From assembly GCF_009914755.1 (NCBI RefSeq), contig NC_060936.1: a DNA stretch of 64,000 bases; one strand, written 5' to 3'. Below are positions 44,264 to 60,294 of the stretch, piece after piece. The position numbers and the translations under genes are program-made. The stretch comes from the human T2T-CHM13v2.0 reference genome, Homo sapiens. The notes under the pieces are model-generated. The model did not search any database, was not told the DNA's origin, and was given only the letters and a program-made list of their open reading frames with translations. The first letter of the stretch is position 1. Each line of letters begins with the position of its first letter.

Positions 44264-44792
44264 GTAAGGATGTACATGGCGAAAATACCACCTTCTCAGA
44301 TGGCTGGAAAGCAAGCAGCATGGTATACCGAGCCCACCAAGAAAGAGGAAGGGATGAAGGAATGGAGGAGTTGACGTTTCTCTTTGGAACATTTATTGCT
44401 TGTGTTATTGATTATAGATCATTTTCCTCGTCTCAGTAAGTCATCACTCTCTTACATTGGCCCCCGATGATTAGACTGTTGATTTTTTACGTGGCCCCAG
44501 TGAAGCTGTCTATGCTTCAATCCTGCTTCATAGCAAAAGTATGGCTCCTAGCAGACAGCCCTCCCTCCCTGTGGCCTCATGATTTGCATGTTCTCCACAT
44601 GAGTCAGAGGACGACTAGTGTCCTCTCAAGGCAGGCCATGCCAGTGTAGAGAAGGAGGCAGGCAGAAAGAATCTAGGGCTCTCCCACCCCAAGATGTTTA
44701 GCAGCTCAAATGGTCACAGTTACGGCTGATGGCCTTGGCGTGTCAAACTCCAAACTAGGAGCTGATTCTCTTCCTTTTATCCTGTCCTTTGA

Positions 44793-45912
<1,120 letters not shown>

Positions 45913-46017
45913 TTCGGAGGTCAGGACATCTTCATGACCGAAGAACAGAAGAAGTACTACAATGCCATGAAAAAGCTGGGCTCAAAGAAGCCACAGAAAC
46001 CCATTCCCCGCCCCTTG
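45913..46017 (+). CDS. SCN8A: SCN8A coding exon (~exon 25), DIII-DIV inactivation linker with IFM motif
   Basis: Encodes [16 protein letters not shown]...PIPRPL; TTG|gtaagt donor. Confidence 0.95.
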
Positions 46018-47189
46018 GTAAGTGCATTGTGCAGGCTGAGGCCTTGGTGAGAACCCATATAGGAAAAGTACTAGTAGAGTTACTGCAAAGGAAGGAAAAA
46101 GGTAAGTGATTGGCTGCTTTGTGCCTAATCCTCTCCTCACCACCCATCCAAAAGATCTGAATAGGACAGCAGAAGAACAGGGATTAAGGCATGGGGGCTT
46201 TTACATCAATCCTCGACCTATCCTCTGAGCCTTCCTTGGGCAGCCACCAAGAATCAGCATGTGAACCACATTGGCTTTGGCCCTAGTAGAGAGATGTTTT
46301 TAGAGACAACCAAAAGTCAACAAGAGAAAATGAAATAAAGTTGCTCTCTTTCCTGCCAGTTCAAGATAGGATTTGGTCATAATTTTTTCAGCTTCTCTCT
46401 GCTCAATAAGGATGTCTTTGCAGGATGTATCTAGAAGTTAAAATCATGCTTCTGGTTATTTGTGGGAGCAGAAGAGGGTAAAACTATGGGAGTCTGGTGC
46501 CCTGATTCCCTCTCTTGAGCTGAGCCTTTTATAAAACAGATTAGGGGGCTGAGATTCTGCTCCATTGTTCCATTGGTGATGGTTGTCTTGTTTCAGAGAA
46601 GGAGAAGGAGATACCCTGCTCCTGATTCCATATATCCGGTTGGATGGGACATCACCCCCAAAAGCCAGGCCCAAAGTTCCTTCTTCTGTAACTTCCATTT
46701 AGCAACTTTAAAAAACAGACACAACACCACCAAAAAAACCCAGCAGAACCTTTAATACAAAAGCTTCCCTGATAATCTAATTTGTAGAAATAAAAGTAGA
46801 GTGACTATGTTTGAATCAAGAGTTATAGTTCCAGAACGTTTTCTCCCCTCACCCCCACACGCCGCACGTGGTACATCTACCGCATCAACTTTTGAAGGAA
46901 AAGAAATTCTAGGGCTTTGCAGGGCAGATTGAAAACCACCAAGTTAAAGTAATCCTGGAAATAAGCACCAGCCCAAGTATCTCAGTACTTCAAACAAACA
47001 AACAAACAAAAAAGCAAGGAATCTCAAGAAAGAGAACATTTGGGGTTTTTTATTTCCTTGATGTTAAGCCTTCATTTTGTGATAGAAATGGGACTAAAGG
47101 GAATAGAAAAGGGTTAACATTTCTAAAGTTCTGTTTAGTACTTTCCATATGGGAACCTGAGTGTATTTTCTTCCACATTAAAATATAAC

Positions 47190-47417
47190 TTCCAGCCTAG
47201 GCAACATAATGAGACCCCATCTCTACAAAAAAATTTTGTAAAAAGTAGCTGGGCGTGGTTATGTGTACCTGTGGTCCTCACTACGTAGGAGGCTGAGGTA
47301 AGAGAATTGCTTGAGCTTGGAGGCCAAGACTGCAGTGAGCCATGACCGTGCCACTGTACTCCAGCTTGGGCAATAGGGAGGGACCCTGTCTCAAAAAATA
47401 CAAAATAAAATAAAATA
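47190..47417 (+). mobile_element. 5'-truncated AluJ-like
   Basis: Partial left arm, right arm and tail. Confidence 0.85.
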
Positions 47418-47717
47418 TTTTAAAAAGTAGGAAACATTAATAAAGAGTGATTAACATTCATTTAGCAAATATTTATCAGTCTTTACTATGTACCGTGCAC
47501 TAAGCATTATGTGATGAACAAAAGGTAGACTGCTGTCATGGAGCTTATAATAATTGGGGAGATAGATAATAAATAAGTAAGCAAACAGCTACAATAAAAT
47601 GTGGAAGATTGTAGGAAAAAAATTAACTAGAGGGCTATAAGTGGTGGATCTACTTTAATATAGTAGTCAGAGAAAGCCTCACTAAGGAGGGTCTACTTGA
47701 GTGGATGAGAAGGAACT

Positions 47718-48026
47718 GGCTGGGCACGGTAGCTCATACTGTAATCCCAACTTGGGATCTAGAGGCAGGCAGATCGCTTGAGCCTAGGAGTTCTAGACCA
47801 GCCTGGGCAACACAGTGAAACCCCATCTGTACAAAAAAAAAAAAAAAATTAGCCGAGCCTGGTAGCATGCCTGTAGTCCCAGCTACTGAGAAGGCTGAGG
47901 TGAGAGGATGGCGTGAGTCCAGGAGTCAGGGCTGCAGAGGATATGGTAAGCTATATCATGCCACTGCACTCCAGCCTGGGGAAGACAGCGAGACCCTATC
48001 TCAAAAAAAAAAAAAAAAAAAAAAAA
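47718..48026 (+). mobile_element. AluJ-like
   Basis: Dimer with long A tail. Confidence 0.9.
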
Positions 48027-48247
48027 GATGGAACCAAAGAGCTGGGGAAAGAGATTCCTGGCAGAATACACAAGACCCCAGAAGCAGAAAACAGTGTGGC
48101 CAGGGGGTGGCGAGCCAGAGGAGGGACATTGATGAGCAGAGTCAGACTGTGCCAGGTGTCTCCCCGTAAGCCAGGTTAACAAATAGGGATTGTGTTGCAA
48201 GCCCAGTGGGAAGCTCTTGAAAGGTTTTAAGTAGGGGAATGATGTGA

Positions 48248-48562
<315 letters not shown>

Positions 48563-49203
48563 TGATCCATTTGTTTTAAATCATTACACTTGCTATTATA
48601 TGAGGACTGCATTGGATGAGGGCAAGAGAAGAAGTGGGAGACCAGTTAAGTGGCCAGACAAGTCCAGATGAGAGATGATGGTGGCTCAGGTTAGCATAGA
48701 GCCAATAAAAATGGAATGAAGTGGATGAACCCAAGTTATAATTTTGGAGGAAGAATCAACAGGCCCTTCAGTGGATCAGATGAGGGAGAAGAAAGAGACA
48801 AAGATGATGCCCAGATTCCTGGCTTGAGAGCCTGGATGAATAATTGAGATGAGAGGAACAAGCTGGGTGAGGGGCAGGGAACAGACTTGGCTCTGCTTTG
48901 GACTTAACTGTGAGAGGCTTGGACATGGTAAGTTTGAGATGCTTATGAGTCATCAAGAAGAAGTGGCAAGAAAGCAACTCAGGATCAGAGGAAAGGTATG
49001 GGCTGGAGAAGAAAAGCTTAAGCATAAGTACATAGGTATCACGTAAGCAGCAGGAATAGATGAGCTCTCATAGAGCAAAAATTTAGAGAAAGAAGGGATT
49101 GAGAGAAGAAATGGCTGGCAGATGAGACCAAAAAAGGAGCAGCTGGGTAAGTAGGACGACAGCCAGAGTGTGTGGTGTCACAGACGCAAAAGAGAAGTGG
49201 GTC

Positions 49204-50198
<995 letters not shown>

Positions 50199-51276
50199 TG
50201 ATTGTGAGGATGAGATTTCCCAGGAGAGGAATGAATGACACAGGTCTGAAGTGCAGGCAAGATACCCTCATAGCTTAAGTCCATGTGTGCCCCTGAGTCA
50301 TCTCGGGGGCCTGCCTAGCAGGTTCCATGGTCAGTGAGTTTCTACTGAGTGTTCTCGGTAGTCTTGGATTATAAATTCTGTGGCTCAGGGAAAAAAGAAA
50401 AAAAAAGAAGATTGGTTCTTGCTTTTAAGGAGTTTAAAGTCTAACAGGGAAGGTAAAAGAAAGTTGTCATTAAAAAATGTAGCACAATAGAAGTATAAAA
50501 TGAAAGAAGGAATGATTGCTAAGTTGGCCATTAATGAAATAGTCTAGGTAAGTTCTGGTGGTGATGGCCATGGTAGTGCTGCTGTTACTGGCAGGGCTTG
50601 TTTACTGAGATTTTACTGTGGGCCAACTACAGTTTGAGAGTTTCTTCACCTGTGTTATCTCATTTGATTCTTATTACATCCCAGGAAGCAAGCTTCTTTA
50701 TTATCTGGACTGTATACATGTCCACAGCCACTCGCTAGGAGGTGGTGGAGGCATAACTCGAGTTGATCCCAAAGTCCAAGTTTTTTAACAGTGACTGTGT
50801 GCATTTTGCTTCAACCTAAAAGTGTGGGGGGATGATGTCCTGGCAGGCAGGCAGAAGGAAATGCCACCCTGTTGATTGCCCTCCCAAAATGTTTCCTTGC
50901 CTTCCTGAAAGGCATCTTTTGTGATAAAACTCAGCCTTGTTTCCAGGTAAGTTTGACTCATTTACACTAGAGAGAGTGCTCGAGACCCATGGGACCAGCC
51001 CCAGAGCTCCAGCGGCCATGCTGGGCCTAGTGTAGTGGTTATAAGGTACCAGAAGGCAGGGGTCTCCCCTTGGCCTGTGCCACCCTCTAGTTCTGTCCTC
51101 CAGAGCAGCATGTCCAAAAGTGTGTTGATATGTGGAACACTAATCCTAGACATTTCTCCTCAAGAAAAGAATCTCATGAGGGAATTACTTTAGGTAACAC
51201 TGCCTTTAATTTTCCTTTGAGGATTCACAGTGCACATTACTGAATTCTCTTGGAAATCCTACGGTAAAGAATTCTG

Positions 51277-51564
51277 GGCCGGGTGCAGTGGCGCATGCCT
51301 GTAATCCCAGCACTTTGGGAGGCAAGGCGGGCAGACAACTTGAGCCCAGGAGTTCAAGACCAGCCTGGGCAACATGATAAAACTCTATCTCTGAAAAAAA
51401 AAAAAAAAAATGAGCCAGGCATGGTGATACGTGCCTGTAGTCCCAGTTACTTGGGAGGCTGAGGTGGGAGGATTGTTTAAGCCCGGGAGGTCAAGGCTGC
51501 AGTGAGCTGAGATCACGCCATTACACTTCCTAGATGACAGAGAGAGACCTAGTCTCAAAAATAA
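51277..51564 (+). mobile_element. AluJ-like
   Basis: Dimer, TSD aaagaattctg. Confidence 0.9.
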
Positions 51565-51624
51565 AGAATTCTGTTTAAATGTAACATAGCATCCCACCTT
51601 TATTAGACCACAGTTTCCTTTTTT

Positions 51625-51840
51625 TCAGTAATAATAATGATAGCTCACATTTAAATGGAACACATTATGTGCCAGGTACCATAATAAGTGCTTTAAATAT
51701 GTTAATTCATATAATCCTCTCAACAAACCTCTAAGAATCCTGAGGAACTGAGGCACAGAGAGGTTCCCAAGACATGTGGCTGGTAAGTGAGCAAGTGGGG
51801 ATTCAAGCCCAGCCCCTGGCCTCAAGTCCATTCTCCTAAT
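51625..51840. mobile_element. MIR
   Basis: gaggaactgaggcacagagaggtt core. Confidence 0.75.
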
Positions 51841-52064
51841 TTCTCACAAAACACACTTTGGACAATGCTACCCTTGTCCACTGCTCTTGAAACTTTCCTG
51901 GCCACTTATCGTTGAGTGACACAGAAAATCCACAGACCAAATCATACCCCCTATTTTCAAATGGTACTCTAAAAAGAGGAAGATGTTTTTGATGATGGGG
52001 ATTTTTATTAACATTAATTTGTTCAGAAACAAAAGTATAGAAATCATCTTTTTAAAGTAAGAAA

Positions 52065-52630
52065 TGTATTAGAGTTTTGTAGAGGGACAAAACTAATAGG
52101 ATAGATGTATATATGAAAGGGAGTGTATTAAGGAGAACTGACTCACGATCACAAGGTGAAGTCCCACGATAGGCCATCTGCAAGCTGAAGGGAGCCAGTA
52201 GTGGCTCAGTCTGAGTCTCAAATCCTCAAAAGTAGGGAAGCTGACAGTGCAGCCTTTGGTCTGGCCAAAGGCCAGAGAGCCCCTGGCAAACCACTGGTGA
52301 AAGTCCAAGAGTCTAAAAGCTGAAGAACTCAGAGTCTTATGTTCGAGGGCAGGAAGCATCCAGCGCGGGAGGAGATGAAGGCCGGAAGACTCAGCAAGTC
52401 AGCTTCTTCCATCTTCTTCTGCCTGCTTTTTCTAGCTGAGCTGGCAGCCGATTAGATGGTGCCCACCCACATTGAGGGTGGGCCTTCCTCTCCCAGTCCA
52501 CTGACTCAAATTAAAAGTAATGGCAAAAACTGCAATTACTTTTGCACCAGCCTAATCTCTGGTAACACCCAGAAACGATACTTTGCATCCTTCAGTCCAA
52601 TCAAATTGACACTTAATATTAACCATTACA
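52065..52630 (-). mobile_element. 3' LTR (MLT2A2-like)
   Basis: Minus strand reads TGTAATGGTTAATATT...TAATACA and is preceded by PPT AAGGGGTGGACT. Confidence 0.9.
52511..52555. mobile_element. Half MADE1 (Hsmar1 mariner MITE) inside the 3' LTR
   Basis: ttaaaagtaatggcaaaaactgcaattacttttgcaccagcctaa; absent from the 5' LTR. Confidence 0.85.
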
Positions 52631-53057
52631 AGTCCACCCCTTGCCAACTTGAACCCATACACATCTCCTGAAATCATACTTAATCTCCAAATAAATACAA
52701 TAATAAGGTCCTAATTACGCCTAACATAATACAGCTATCCTTCATACAACCAGAAGCGCACTAATCCTTAACCTGAATGCTATTACATAAAGTTAACAAC
52801 ACTTAAATGCTGATACGAAGTCAACAAATCTTACGTCACATGATAAAGGAAAAAGAAAAGAACTAAAATGAAGATATTTTCCTAGTACAAGTGTATACAT
52901 GCACAAACATGTTCTTAACAAAATAAGGAGGAAATACTCATGACAATAGTCTTCATTTCTGCAACTGGTCACGTGGTCGTAGCTGGTATTGATGACTACC
53001 TTCTACTACTCATTCTATATTCACTTTGCCTTCAGCAAGCACCACGGCTGGTTGTGG

Positions 53058-53630
53058 TTATTTACCTGGTGGAGTGACCCAAATCTTCATTCCTAAAGGG
53101 TTTGGGGCATTTGTAGTCCTACCTGGATTGGGCTGTTGTAGTTTCCCATTGACCTTAATCACAGGGCATGCTAATACTAAGAGACGCCCTAAGGGATCTC
53201 CTGTATTCCATGCATACTCTTCCATACCTCCATTGTGGAGCAGTAGACTGATTTCATCTTGATAGTCTGGGTCAGTCACCCCAGCCAACACTATAACTCC
53301 CTTCTTAGACTGTTGACTTAGAGGTAGCCCAAAGTGGCTAGGTGGCCATCTTAACTTCAGGTTTAATGGAATCATTGTTGTGTCTCCTAGTGACAGCATT
53401 CCTCCCTCTGGAACTAAGACCTTTAGGCCAGCAGAACATAATGTCGCAGGAACAGGAGGCAAAAATTTTGCTAGCCGGTCACTAGGGGTGATGGGGAGTG
53501 GTGCCACTTCCATTTCCACCCCTTGATTCCTGGACCCATGAATCCTGGCTATGGGAGAAACAGTACCATATATTGGACACTGATTCAAAGCATACATGGC
53601 CTTCTGGAGAACTTTGCCCCAGCCCTGCAA
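53058..53630 (-). pseudogene. HERV-L integrase C-terminus plus dUTPase remnant (190-codon open stretch)
   Basis: ALNQCPIYGTVSP (IN end); VLAGVTDPDYQDEISLLLHN (dUTPase motif 3). Confidence 0.85.
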
Positions 53631-55381
53631 AGTATTGTTACCTAGTTGGCATTGTAATCATGACTTCAAAAGGCCATTCCACCATGCTATCAATCCAGCT
53701 GCTTCAAGATGATGAGGAACATGGTAACACCAGTGAATTCCATGAGCATGAACCCACTGCCGCACTTCTTAGCTGTAAAGTGAGTGCCTTGGTCAGAAGC
53801 AATGCTGTGTGGAATACCATGATGGTGGGTAATGCATTCCGTGAGTCCACAGATGGTAGTCTTGGCAGAAGCATTGCATGCAGGATAAGCAAACCCATAT
53901 CCAGAGTAAGTGTCTGTTCTGGTGAGGACAAACCGCTGCCCTTTCCATGATGGAAGAGGTCCGATATAAGCAGCCTACCACCAAGTAGCTGGCTGATCAC
54001 CCCGAGGAATGGTGTCATATTGAGGGCTCAGTGTTGGTCTCTGCTACTGGCAAATTGGACACTCAGCAGTGGCCACAACCAGGTCAGCCTTGATGAGTGG
54101 GAGTCCATGTTGGTGAGCCCATGCGTAACCTCCATCCCTGCCACTATAGTCACTTTGTTCATGGGCCCATTGGGCAATGACAGGGGTGCCTGGGGAAAGA
54201 GGCTGAGTGGTGTCCACAGAATGAGTCATCCTATCCACCTGATTATTAAAAGCCTCCTCTGCTGAGGTCACCCTTTGGTAAGCATTCATGTGGGACACAA
54301 ATATCTTCACAGTTTTTGACCACTCAGAGAGGTCCATCCACATACCTCTTCCCCAAATTTGTCACCAATCATGCTTCTTTGAAGTCCCTGACCATCCAGC
54401 CAAACCATTTGCTACAGCCCATGAATCAGTATATAATCACACATCTGGCCATTTCTCCTTCCATGCAAAGTGCACAGCCAGGTGCACTGCTCGAAGTTCT
54501 GCCCACTGGGAAGATTTCCCTTCAGTGCTCTCCTTCAGGGATGTCCTAGAAAGGGGCTATAGTGCTGCAGCTGTCCACTTTTGGGTGGTGCCTGCATTTC
54601 GTGCAGAACCGTCTGTAAACTAGGCCCTAGTCTTCTCTTCTTCTGTCAGTTGATCATAGCGAACTCCCCATGAGGCCATCTCTGCAGGCTCTGGGAGAGA
54701 AGGTAGGGTGGCAGCAGTGGGGACCATGGGCATTTGAGCTACTTCCTCTTGTAACTTACTTGTGCCTTTAGGACCTGCTCGAGCCCAATCAGGTGCATAC
54801 CATTTCCATTTGACGATGGAATGCTGCTGTGCGCACCCAACTTCATGGCTAGATGGGTCAGAGAGCACCTAGTTCATGAGAGGCGGTTCAGGCCACATGG
54901 TAACTGGGTGACCCATGGTCAAACGTTCAGTTTCCACCAAAGCCCAGTAACAGGCCAAGAGCCGTCCCTCAAAAGGCGAGTAGTTATCTGCAGAAGATGG
55001 CAGGGCCTTGCTCCAAAATCCTACGGACCTCCTCTGTGATTCACCTATGGGGGCCTACCAAAGGCTCTAAACAGCATCCCTATCTGCCACTGATACCTCA
55101 AGCACCACTGGATCTGCTGGGTCATATAGCCCAAGTGGCAGAGCAGCTTGCACAACAGCCTGGACCTATTGCAGAGCCTTCTCCTGTTCTAAACCCCACT
55201 CAAAACTGGCAGCCTTTCAGGTGACTCAATAAATGGGCCGGAGTAACATACTCAAATGAGGAATGTGTTGCCCCCAAAATCCAAATAGGCCCACTAGGCG
55301 TTGTGACTCTTTCTTGGTTGTAGGAGAGGCCAAATGCAACAACTTATCTTTCACCTTAGAAGGAATATCTTGACAGGCCCC

Positions 55382-56074
55382 TCAGCACTGGGCCCCTAGA
55401 AATTTCACTGAGGTAGAAGGTCCCTGAATTTTAGTCTGATTTATTTCCCATCCCCTGGCACCCAAATGTCTCACCAGTAAGTCCAGTGTGTTTGCTACTT
55501 CTCGCTCACTGGGTCCAGTCGGCATAATGTCATCAATGTAATGGACCATCATGATATCTTGTGGAAGGGAAAAGCGATCAAGATCTCTGCGAGCAAGATT
55601 ATGACACAAAGCCAGGGAGTTTATATACCCCTGAGGTAGGACAGTAAAGATATATTGCTGGCCTTGCCAGCTGAAGGCAAATTGCTTCTGGTGGACCTTA
55701 TGGACAGGAATGGAGAAAAAGGCATTTGCCAAATCCGTAGCTGCATATCAGATACCAGGAGATGTGTTAATTTGCTCAAGCAATGAAACCGCATCTGGTA
55801 CAGCAGCTGCAGTTGGAGTCGTCACCACTTGGTTCAGCTTATGATAATCCACTGTCGTTCTCCAAGATCTATCTGACTTCTGCACAGGCCAAATAGGAAA
55901 GTTGAATGGGGATGTGGTGGGAATCACCACCCCTGCATCTTTCAAGTCCTTGATGGTGGCACTAATCTCCACAGTCCCTCCAGGGATGCAGTATTGTTTT
56001 TGATTTACTGTTTTTCTAGGTAGAAGCAGCTCTAATGGCTTCCATTTGGCCTTTCCCACCATAATAGGCCTCAC
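55382..56074 (-). pseudogene. HERV-L reverse transcriptase remnant (stop-interrupted)
   Basis: [24 protein letters not shown] and HYIDD across two ORFs. Confidence 0.9.
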
Positions 56075-57277
56075 ACTACCAGTCAGCCAATATGGGGATT
56101 CTGCCAGTTGCTAAGTATGTCTGTGTCAATTATACATTCTGGCACTGGGAAAATGACCACAGGATGAATCCGGGACCCACTGTAAGTCAGACCTGAGCTG
56201 AAACTTCATTAATTACCTGACCTCCATAAGCCCTTACTCTAACTGGAGGACCACAGTGATGTTTTGGGTCCCCTGGAATCATTGTCAGCTCAGAGCCAGT
56301 GTCCAGTGTCCAGTAGTCCCCGAAAGGGGACCAGTTACCCTGGTAAAAGACCGGAGGTCTCCTTGGGGAAGCATGGGAGAAAGATTAGCAGTATAAATTG
56401 TCAGTAGTGTAGTGGGGTCCTTCCTCAAAGGGACCAGGCCTCCCCTTTATTCAAGGGGAATATTATTCTGGGTCTGTACGCTGGTTCAAGTCTGGAAATT
56501 GGTTGAGGGGGCATGATTCTCTATTTTTATAATTCAAATTAGCCTTTTGTCCACTTGACCTGGAAGTTTTCTGCTTACACAAATCAAGAAAGAATGTAGT
56601 AGGCTTCCTATCAATTTCACTTCTAGGAACACCATGATTAATTAGCCAATGCCAGAGCTCTACACTAATCAGACTATTCTGAATGCTGCTTTGCCTCTGC
56701 TATCCATTATGGTAGCTACGCCCACCTTGCCTTTGACAGTTGAGTGCCCCCACTCAGCCCCTGCCACCTTGGGATCCAATTATTCCCATTGCATTTAAAT
56801 TATCCAGTTAAGTGACTGCAGTTCCCACTGTAAGATCTGGCATACAGGGAAGAGCAATCACAGAGCTCTTCAAGGATGCAGGTGCTCCCCTCACAAATCT
56901 GTTTTGCAAGCTATTAAGGGTATGTCTTCTGGACCCTACCAGTTGGGATGAGTAGGTCTAAGGTGACTAATCCACTCTAGCATTCCAATCTCCCTAAGCC
57001 TTTGGATCCCTTCCTCTACATTAAACCAAGGGAGATCAGGCATTTCCAGCTTACTCACAGTGGGCCATCTTTTGATCCACGTTTCAGCTAACCAAGCAAA
57101 TAAACTATTAGAACCTTTTTAACTCCCCGAGCTGCGATATTAAACACAGAATCCCTGCTTAGTGGGCCCATATCAATAAATTCAACCTGATCCAACTTTA
57201 TGTTCCTTCCACCGTTGTCCTGCAACCTTAATATCCATTCCCATACCTGTTCTCCAGATTTCTGCTTATACAAATTA

Positions 57278-57586
<309 letters not shown>

Positions 57587-58490
57587 TCAAGCAGTTCTTT
57601 TGGAGTGTAGCTCATCTCGTGAGTCACACTCTGAACCTCACTTCTAGAGAGCTGCCATGACTTGAGTCTAGTTACAGGTCTAGAAACAAACAGGGGTGTT
57701 GGGGGTGGGTTCAGAAGAGAATCAGCATTGTCTTGCTTCAGGGGAGACCACTGTTGCCTCAAGCATTGCAGGGTTAATCTCAGACAAATGTGGAAAGGCT
57801 GGTGGCAGCCTGGGTGGGGGAAGGGATATTGCCACCACTGGGGGTGAGGAGGCTGTTTTCTCTGGCAAAAAAGGCTGTCAGAGTTTACAAGCTCAGTGTC
57901 CCCAGCTTCATCAGGGTCCTCCCACACATCCCTATTCCAAGTCGCAGGGTCCCATTCTTTTCCAATCAGTGCCCTCACTTTAACAATAGATACCTAGGGA
58001 GGCTACGCATGCACCTTTCCTTGCAGGCCAGCCACTTGCGTGGTAAGAACTTGTGTCTGATTTTCCGCAAATTCAGCCCTTTGTCTACAGGAGATAAGAC
58101 TCAGGGAAATCTTAGAAGACTTGAGGCTCAGTATGTGCTCTGGAGCTGGGAGTTAGAATCCCTGAGCTCATCCTTTTCTTTCATTACTTTCTCCAGTGAA
58201 CTTAGGAGAACCAACCAACTTCATTATATTCCTTGGTTCTCCACATATGGTCAAATGTATTACGTACAGAGTCACTAAACTCCTTGCCTCTCAAGAACGA
58301 CGAATCAGGAATATCAAATGCCATCTATTTTGCATAACTCTCTAAACAGTTCACACCAGGGACTATCAGTGTTCTCCATACTATCAGAAGTAGAGTCCTT
58401 AGCATTTTTGGGTCTAATCAGATTAAGCAGCCAACTCCAGAAACCCCAAAACCAACTAAAGAAATCTATTCTTAAAATTCTGTTCCTCTA

Positions 58491-58508
58491 GACCCACTCC
58501 TGGTACCA
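58491..58508 (-). other. Primer-binding site complementary to tRNA-Leu
   Basis: Plus-strand CCCACTCCTGGTACCA equals the recalled 3' end of tRNA-Leu(TAA); lies next to the 5' LTR. Confidence 0.85.
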
Positions 58509-58513
58509 AAATC

Positions 58514-59017
58514 TGTCAGGGTTTTCTAGAGGGACAGAACTAATAGGATAGATGTGATCTCACATGATCACAAGGTGAAGTCCCACAGCAGGCCATCTGC
58601 AAGCTGAGGAGCAAGGAAGCCAGTAGTGGCTCAGTCTGAGTCCCAAATCCTCAAAAGTAGGGAAGCTGACAGTGCAGCCTTTGGTCTGTGGCCAAAGGCC
58701 CGAGAGCCCCTGTAAAACCACTGCTGTAAGTCCAAGGGTCCAAAAGCCAAAGAACTTGGAGTCTGATGTTCCAGGGCAGGAAGCATCCAGCGCGGGAGGA
58801 GATGAAGGCCGGAAGACTCAGCAAGTCAGCTTCTTCCACCTTCTTCTGCTTGCTTTTTCTAGCCGAGTTGGCAGCCGATTAGATGGTGCCCACCCACATT
58901 GAGGATGGGTCTTCCTCTGCCAGTCCACAGACTCAAATGTTAATCTCCTCTGGCAACACCCAGAAACAATGCTTTGCATCCTTCATTCCAATCAGGTTGA
59001 CAATATTAACCATCACA
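58514..59017 (-). mobile_element. 5' LTR (MLT2A2-like)
   Basis: Direct-repeat partner of 52065-52630; minus strand starts TGTGATGGTTAATATT. Confidence 0.9.
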
Positions 59018-59828
59018 AGGAATTGGGGTAAAACTAGCTCTGAAACCACCTACAGTACCCCTTAAATGGTGTTTCTACTGCCTACATTACTGTCTGCCCC
59101 ATTTCTCCCTTTTTCTATGGGGACAAACACACATTCATCCTTCAAAACCTACCTCAGCCATCATCTTCTCTCTGAAGCCCTACTTGCCCACCATATATGG
59201 GCTGCAAGTATCACATATACTTGAATATATATTATATAACCTGACTTCTTTGGTCACTGGTTATGATTTAATTGAGAAGCTGAGAAATCATCATGGGTGG
59301 GTCCTGGCTAAGGTAGAGATTTTCTTGAAGGCTCAAATATCCCATGGAATTCTAGCTCCTGAAGAGGCTCCAAGAGGTTACTTGACCCGCTCGCTGAACT
59401 TACCGCATCTTGTCTTTTCCTGAAAAGCTAAGATTCTTCAAAGGGGATTCTATAGCCTTCTGCAGTTAACTGCCCCAGTGTTTATGCATTCTTATGAGTG
59501 AGAAATGTTTCCTTAAATTAAATCCCTCATGTCAGCTGAAGCTCCCATTGTCTTGTTAGTGCCTGGACGGCAAGAGAAGGTACTGAACGAAGAGAACATG
59601 TCAGTGCCTTCCCTTCGGTTGTCATTTCCCAGACTTTTCAACTCCCTTCCTTCTGTGGCCCCTCATTTGGGTCCCCTCATTGCTCTGTAGCTTTAAAGAA
59701 CAAGTGGCCTGGTTGAGGTGAATCCCTGGACGAATATAACTAGAAAAAGGCGCTCCGATTTGTACACTTTCACCTTCTGCCTTTATATCCTAATGCCTTG
59801 GCATCTTTACCTGCTGATACTGGTTTCT

Positions 59829-60294
59829 TTTCTTTTTCTCTTTTCATTTTTTTTTTTTTTTAAAGACAGAGTCTCTGCCTGTCGCCCAGGCTGGGGTGTG
59901 ATCTCAGCTCACTGCAACCTCTGCCTCCCAGGCTCACGCAATTCTCCTGCCTCAGCCTCCTGAGTAGCTCGGGTTACAGGCATGCGCCACCGCGCCCAGC
60001 TAATTTTTGTACCTTTTTTTTTTTTTTGAGATGGAGTCTCACTCTGTCGCCCAGGCTGGAGTGCAGTGGCGTGATCTCAGCTCACTGCAACCTCTGCCTC
60101 CTGGGTTCAAGTGATTCTCATGCCTCAGCCTCCTGAATAGCTGGAATTACACTTGGCTAATTTTTTTGTATTTTTAGTAGAGACTGGGTTTTGCCATGTT
60201 GGCCAGGCTGGTCTTGAACTCCTAGCCTCAAGTGATCTGCCCACTTCAGCCTCCCAAAGTGCTGGATTACAGGCATGAGCCATTGCGCCCAGCC
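59829..60294 (-). mobile_element. Trimeric Alu (left-right-right)
   Basis: Full Alu plus an extra right arm, inside one TSD tgatactggtttct. Confidence 0.88.

Noticed and set aside
50944-50952. Perfect CAG|GTAAGT donor (also TAG|GTAAGT near 2087)
   Set aside because: No convincing paired upstream acceptor; isolated consensus donors are common by chance.
58491-58508. tRNA-Leu-like sequence
   Set aside because: Only the 3' 16 nt; it is the retroviral PBS, not a tRNA gene.
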